Source of the DNA: an uncultured bacterium
Lineage (GTDB): Bacteria; Patescibacteriota; Microgenomatia; Levybacterales; UBA12049
Length of the DNA: 64,000 nt
Direction of reading: 5' to 3'
Assembly (NCBI GenBank): GCA_963826535.1
Contig: CAWGXL010000008.1
Coordinates: forward strand, 2,679 to 66,678
Position numbers and translations under genes: made by a program. Positions within the stretch are counted from its first letter, which is position 1, and the number at the start of each line of letters is the position of its first letter. Below, piece by piece: positions 60,131 through 64,000 of the stretch. The notes beneath the pieces were generated by a model. It was not told where the DNA came from, did no database searches, and saw only the letters and a list, made by a program, of their open reading frames with translations.

Positions 60131-61087
60131 GTGGCGCGACTTCCGATGGGCACCGCCATCCTCCGGCGATACGTGCTGATCGGCGCCATCGGCCAGGGCG
60201 GCGTCTCGACCGTCTATTCGGCCGTCGATGCCCGCCGGGGCCGCAAGCTGGCGGTCAAGGTGCTCGCGCCGAGCCTGGCCGACGACCCGGCGGCGCGCGA
60301 TGACGTGCGGCGTGAGGCGCTGATCACCGATCGGCTCCGGCACCCGAGCGTGCCCCGGGTGTTCGAGTACGGCGAGGCGCCGCTCCCGGACGGCACGGTG
60401 GTCCCGTACGTGGTGCTGGAACTGCTGGCCGGGGTGCCGCTCACCGAGATGCTCGCCGACGGCCCGCTGGACTGGCCGGAGGCGGTGCGGATCGCGGCCA
60501 CCGCGGCGGACGTGCTGGCCGTGGCCCATCGCCGGGGGGTGGTGCATCGCGACCTGACCGCGCGCAACATCATGGTCACCCCGGCCGGCGTCAAGATCAT
60601 CGACTTCGGCCTGGCCACCGCGGCGTGCGTACTGCCGGGGACGGGACCACCGGACCGGGCATCGCCGCCTCGAGACCGGCGCCGGCACCGGTGGCCGCGC
60701 GGCCGGCGCGGGAACGCCGGCGCCCCGGGACGGCCGATCATGGTGCGCGCCGGCGAGCCGCGGCCGGGCCTGCCGTCGCATCCCAAGACCGCGTTCGCCC
60801 GGCCCACGGACGACGTGTACTCGCTGGGCACGCTGCTCTACGAGATGCTCACCGGCGAGTCGCCGTACCCGCCCGCGATCGCCGCCACCATCCTCGCCGC
60901 GGGCCGGGTGTCGCATCTGGCGCCGACCCCGGTGATGGCCGTGCCCGGCCTGCCGGCGGGGTCCGGGGGCTGGTCCGGGCCTGCATGGCCAAGAACCCCG
61001 AGTGACCGCCCGGCGGCGCGAGGTCGCGCTGTCGTTGTGGGTGATGCTCGATCGCGGGGGCGACCGGCTGCCCGGCCGTCGTACTAG
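60131..61087 (+). CDS. Ser/Thr protein kinase
   Basis: IGQGGVSTVY, AVK, HRDLTARN, IIDFG, DVYSLG. Confidence 0.88.
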   Translation: MARLPMGTAILRRYVLIGAIGQGGVSTVYSAVDARRGRKLAVKVLAPSLADDPAARDDVRREALITDRLRHPSVPRVFEYGEAPLPDGTVVPYVVLELLAGVPLTEMLADGPLDWPEAVRIAATAADVLAVAHRRGVVHRDLTARNIMVTPAGVKIIDFGLATAACVLPGTGPPDRASPPRDRRRHRWPRGRRGNAGAPGRPIMVRAGEPRPGLPSHPKTAFARPTDDVYSLGTLLYEMLTGESPYPPAIAATILAAGRVSHLAPTPVMAVPGLPAGSGGWSGPAWPRTPSDRPAARGRAVVVGDARSRGRPAARPSY

Positions 61088-61847
61088 CCGCGGTCTGCAC
61101 CCAGGGCGGCGGTCCCTCGAAGGCGAGCACGTGCACGTCGAAGAGGACCGCCGCCTCGACGCCGATCGCGGGTCCGCCCATCTCGGCGATCCAGGTGAGG
61201 AACGGCCCGGTCCGGGCCGCCCGCGCCGAGCCCCTTGGTGTACTCGGCGTGCGCGGCCAGCGACGCGATGCCCCGCTGCAGCGGCTCGCCGGTGACGTCC
61301 ACGCCGTGGGTCGGCTCGGCGCGCCGGCGAAGCCGACGTACCGCACGCCGCCCCACGGCTCGAGTCCCTCGTCGGCCAGCTCCGGGAAGATCCACCGGTT
61401 GCCGGCATCCCGGGCGGCGTCGAGCGTGGCCAGCCCCACCGCCCGGTGGTCGGCCTGGTTCGTGATGCCGCCGACCATCCGCACCGTGAGCCGCCGGTGA
61501 CGATGACCTCGGGGCGGTGCTGCCGGATGGCCCGGACGATGTCGCGTCGCAGCGCCAGCCCGTACTCGACGACCCCGTCCCGGTGGTCGAGGAACTCCAC
61601 GATGTCGACCCCGACCTCGCGGGCGCCCGGCGCGCTCCTCCGCCTCGCGCAGCGGCGCGGCCTGATCGGGGTGCATGCTGTCGATGCCGGCCTCGCCCCG
61701 GGTGGCCAACAGGTAGGTGACCCGCTTGCCCTGTGCGGTCCAGCGCGCGACGGCCGCCGCGGTGCCGTACTCGATGTCGTCGGGATGCGCGACCACGGCC
61801 AGGCAGCGCTCCCAGTCCTCCGGCAGCATGGGCAGCAGATCAGCCAT
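61084..61847 (-). CDS. PIG-L/LmbE family deacetylase (frameshifted)
   Basis: VVAHPDDIEYG, TRGEAG, NQADH. Confidence 0.88.
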
Positions 61848-61874
61848 GAGTCGGTACAGTCTCGTCATCGGCCG

Positions 61875-62788
61875 ATGGATTCTGGTCGCTGCATCCGCAG
61901 GCCCGCGCCGCGCTCGGGCGTCCAGCAGCGCGTGCCGCTGACCCGCGACAACCTGGCCGACGTGCGGCAGCAGCATGGTCGACGCGGCGCCGGCCGAGGT
62001 CGGCCCCGGCCCTCGGTGCGGACGGTGGTCGACGTGGACGCCGGCGGCGTACCGGCCCGGCTCTACCGCGCGGTCGCGGTGCTCCAGTTGTCGTGTACGC
62101 GCACGGCGGCGGCTGGGTGATGGGCGGCCTGGACACCCACGACGGGCTGTGCCGGCGGCTCGCCGTCGAGTCGGGTTGGGCGGTGCTGGCGGTCGACTAC
62201 CGGCTCGCGCCCGAGCACCCGTACCCGGCCGCGCTCGACGACCTGCGAGCGGCGCTGGCCTGGCTGCGGGGACGGCGCCGCGGGCCCGCTCGACGCCGGT
62301 CGGGTCGCCGTGGCCGGCGACTCCGCCGGCGGGCACCTCGCCGCCGTCCTGGCCCGGCGCTGCCGCGACGGCGGGGTCCGGCTCGCCGGCCAGTTGCTGA
62401 TCTGCCCGGTCATCGACCCGGCCGGCGAATACCCGCCGCTCGACGACTACGGCCTGCACCGCGACGAGATGCGCTTCTTCTGGGACGCGTACGCCCCGCC
62501 CGGCGTCGACCGCGCGCATCGACCTGGACCCGTTGCGCGCCGACCTGGCCGGCCTGCCGCCGGCCGTCGTCGATCACCGCCGAACTGGACGTGCTCGCGC
62601 GACGAGGGCGAGCGGTACGCGGCCCGCCTCGGACGGCCGGCGTCCCCGTCGTCGCCGTCCGGTACCAGGGGCTGATCCACAACTTCCCGCGCAAGCTGGC
62701 CCTGTTCGACGCCGCCGGGGTGGCCGTCGCGCAAATCGCCGCCGCGCTCAGCGCACCGGGTTTCGCATCCGGATCGACTCCAGGTTGA
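61875..62788 (+). CDS. Alpha/beta hydrolase (HSL-like esterase; frameshifted)
   Basis: HGGGW, DYRLAPEH, GDSAGG, AELD.L, GLIH.F. Confidence 0.88.
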
Positions 62789-63024
62789 GCCGTACGTCCC
62801 GGGCCTGGTCGGGGGAGCGGATCGGCGTGACCACCGCGTAGCCGTGCGCCAGCACCGGCCAGGTCGGTGCCCTCCTCGAGCTCCTCCTCGGCCGCCTGCA
62901 CCGCGGTCCGGACGAAACCCTCACCGGCCTCCGCGATGCTCATCTGCACCTGACCGAACCGGGCCAGCCGCGGCCCGCCGCAGCCCGCGGATGCCGTCCG
63001 GAGGCAGATCGGGCACGTTGAGGT

Positions 63025-63575
63025 TCAGCACCGTCCCGGCCGGCGTTGCGTCAGCGTGGGCAGCAGGCCGACGGCCAGCTCGGCCGCGGTCTCCCAGTGC
63101 CGCTTCTCGTCGTCCACTGGTCCAGGTCCGCGATCGCCGCGCCGCCGCTGGCCGCGGCCGCGGCGCCCGGGGTGAGCACGTCCAGCGAGACCGCCAGGCC
63201 GCGCAGCCGGCGTCGGGCGGTCAGGGCGGCGCCGACCGTACCCGAGTGCAGCACGGCCGTGCCCGCGTTGGCGCCCCGGTTCATGCCGGAGAGCACGACC
63301 TCGGCGGGTCGCCGAACGCCTCGCGCAGGGCGAGCATCGCGATGAAGCTGGTGAGGCGGCGACCGCGTACGCCGGCACGTCCTCCCCGGCAGCTCCCGCT
63401 GCTCGCACCACGATCTCCGTCCTCCTCCACCGCCGAGATGGACGCGCTGCTGCCGCTGGCCTCCTTGGCCGGCGCGGCGACCACCACGTCGTGCCCGGCG
63501 CGCTGCGCGGCGCGGGCGAGCGCGGATGCCCGGCGCGTCGATGCCGTCGTCGTTGGTGATGAGAAGCATCGTCAT
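63025..63575 (-). CDS. surE: SurE 5'/3'-nucleotidase (frameshifted)
   Basis: LITNDDGIDAPGI, VLSGMNRGAN, HSGTVGAA. Confidence 0.85.
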
Positions 63576-64000
63576 GTGGTCCTTCCCGATCGTGGCGACA
63601 ACTCGACGCGGCCGGTGACCTCCGCGATGGCCTCGGCGCTGTCCGGTACCCAGCCCGTGCCGGGTCACGTTGAGCGCGCCGGCGGCGGCGCCGGTGCGGA
63701 CGGCCTCGCGCAGGTCACCGCCCTGGGCCAGCATGGCCGCCACGCCCGCGGTCATCGAGTCGCCGGCGCCGTGGTGGTCGGCCTCCTCCAGCCGGGGCGG
63801 GTCGACGACCAACACCTCGCCGTCGAGCAGGGCCAGCGCCGGCTGCTCGGCCCGGCTGATCACCACGGCGCCTCGGCCCCGCGTCGTGCAGCTCGTGCAG
63901 CGCCGCGATCAGGTCGGCCTCGTCGTCGGCGCCCGGCCGTCCCGGAGCAGCTCCTCGTCGCTGACCTTGAGGAACTCCACCCCGCCGTCGAGGACCGCGT
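63572..64000 (-). CDS. 1-phosphofructokinase/PfkB-family kinase, 3' part
   Basis: FLKVSDEEL, GAGDSMTAG. Confidence 0.8.

Noticed and set aside
56792-64000. Many long overlapping ORFs on both strands
   Set aside because: Shadow ORFs of high-GC DNA plus indel errors; real genes are recognisable as frameshifted fragments of ordinary actinobacterial proteins
56792-64000. Actinobacterium as host or horizontal transfer of the phage
   Set aside because: Phage signals are all Bacteroidetes-type, attP is intact, and the junction truncates genes on both sides

Overview
The window joins two unrelated DNAs. Bases 1 to ~56795 are AT-rich and form a nearly complete temperate siphophage of a Bacteroidetes host, probably Chitinophagaceae-like; support comes from TAnnTTTG promoters, Q-rule signal peptides and the lack of obvious Shine-Dalgarno sites. 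Gene order is: glycan-modification genes, neck/tail genes, tape measure, tail tip, fibre/adhesin block, LuxR plus receiver, lysis genes, intact attP (tRNA 3' half) and tyrosine integrase, CI/Cro switch, RecT/exonuclease, helicase-methylase, primase-helicase, NinG, terminase, portal, MuF and the start of a prohead protease. The major capsid gene is not in the window. At ~56792 (a GATC) the sequence switches abruptly to very GC-rich, frameshift-ridden actinobacterial chromosome (Ser/Thr kinases, YdeI, STAS, PIG-L, alpha/beta hydrolase, SurE, PfkB), almost certainly a read or assembly chimera. The most striking candidates are: (1) six of the eight genes at the receptor-binding position (both fibres, two small partners and two beta-helix proteins) carry Sec/lipoprotein signal peptides, and the fibres are rich in Bacteroidetes O-glycosylation sequons, while the phage carries its own GT11/GT7/Stealth/methyltransferase cluster, suggesting an exported and glycosylated fibre system; (2) a homing-endonuclease cassette inserted at the integrase catalytic Tyr, with a synonymously recoded replacement C-terminus, and similar junction duplications elsewhere; (3) a split LuxR/receiver pair directly ahead of the lysis genes; (4) an antisense truncated paralog of MuF; (5) several promoter-plus-hairpin small RNA candidates. 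All product calls come from motif recognition by eye; no searches were run.
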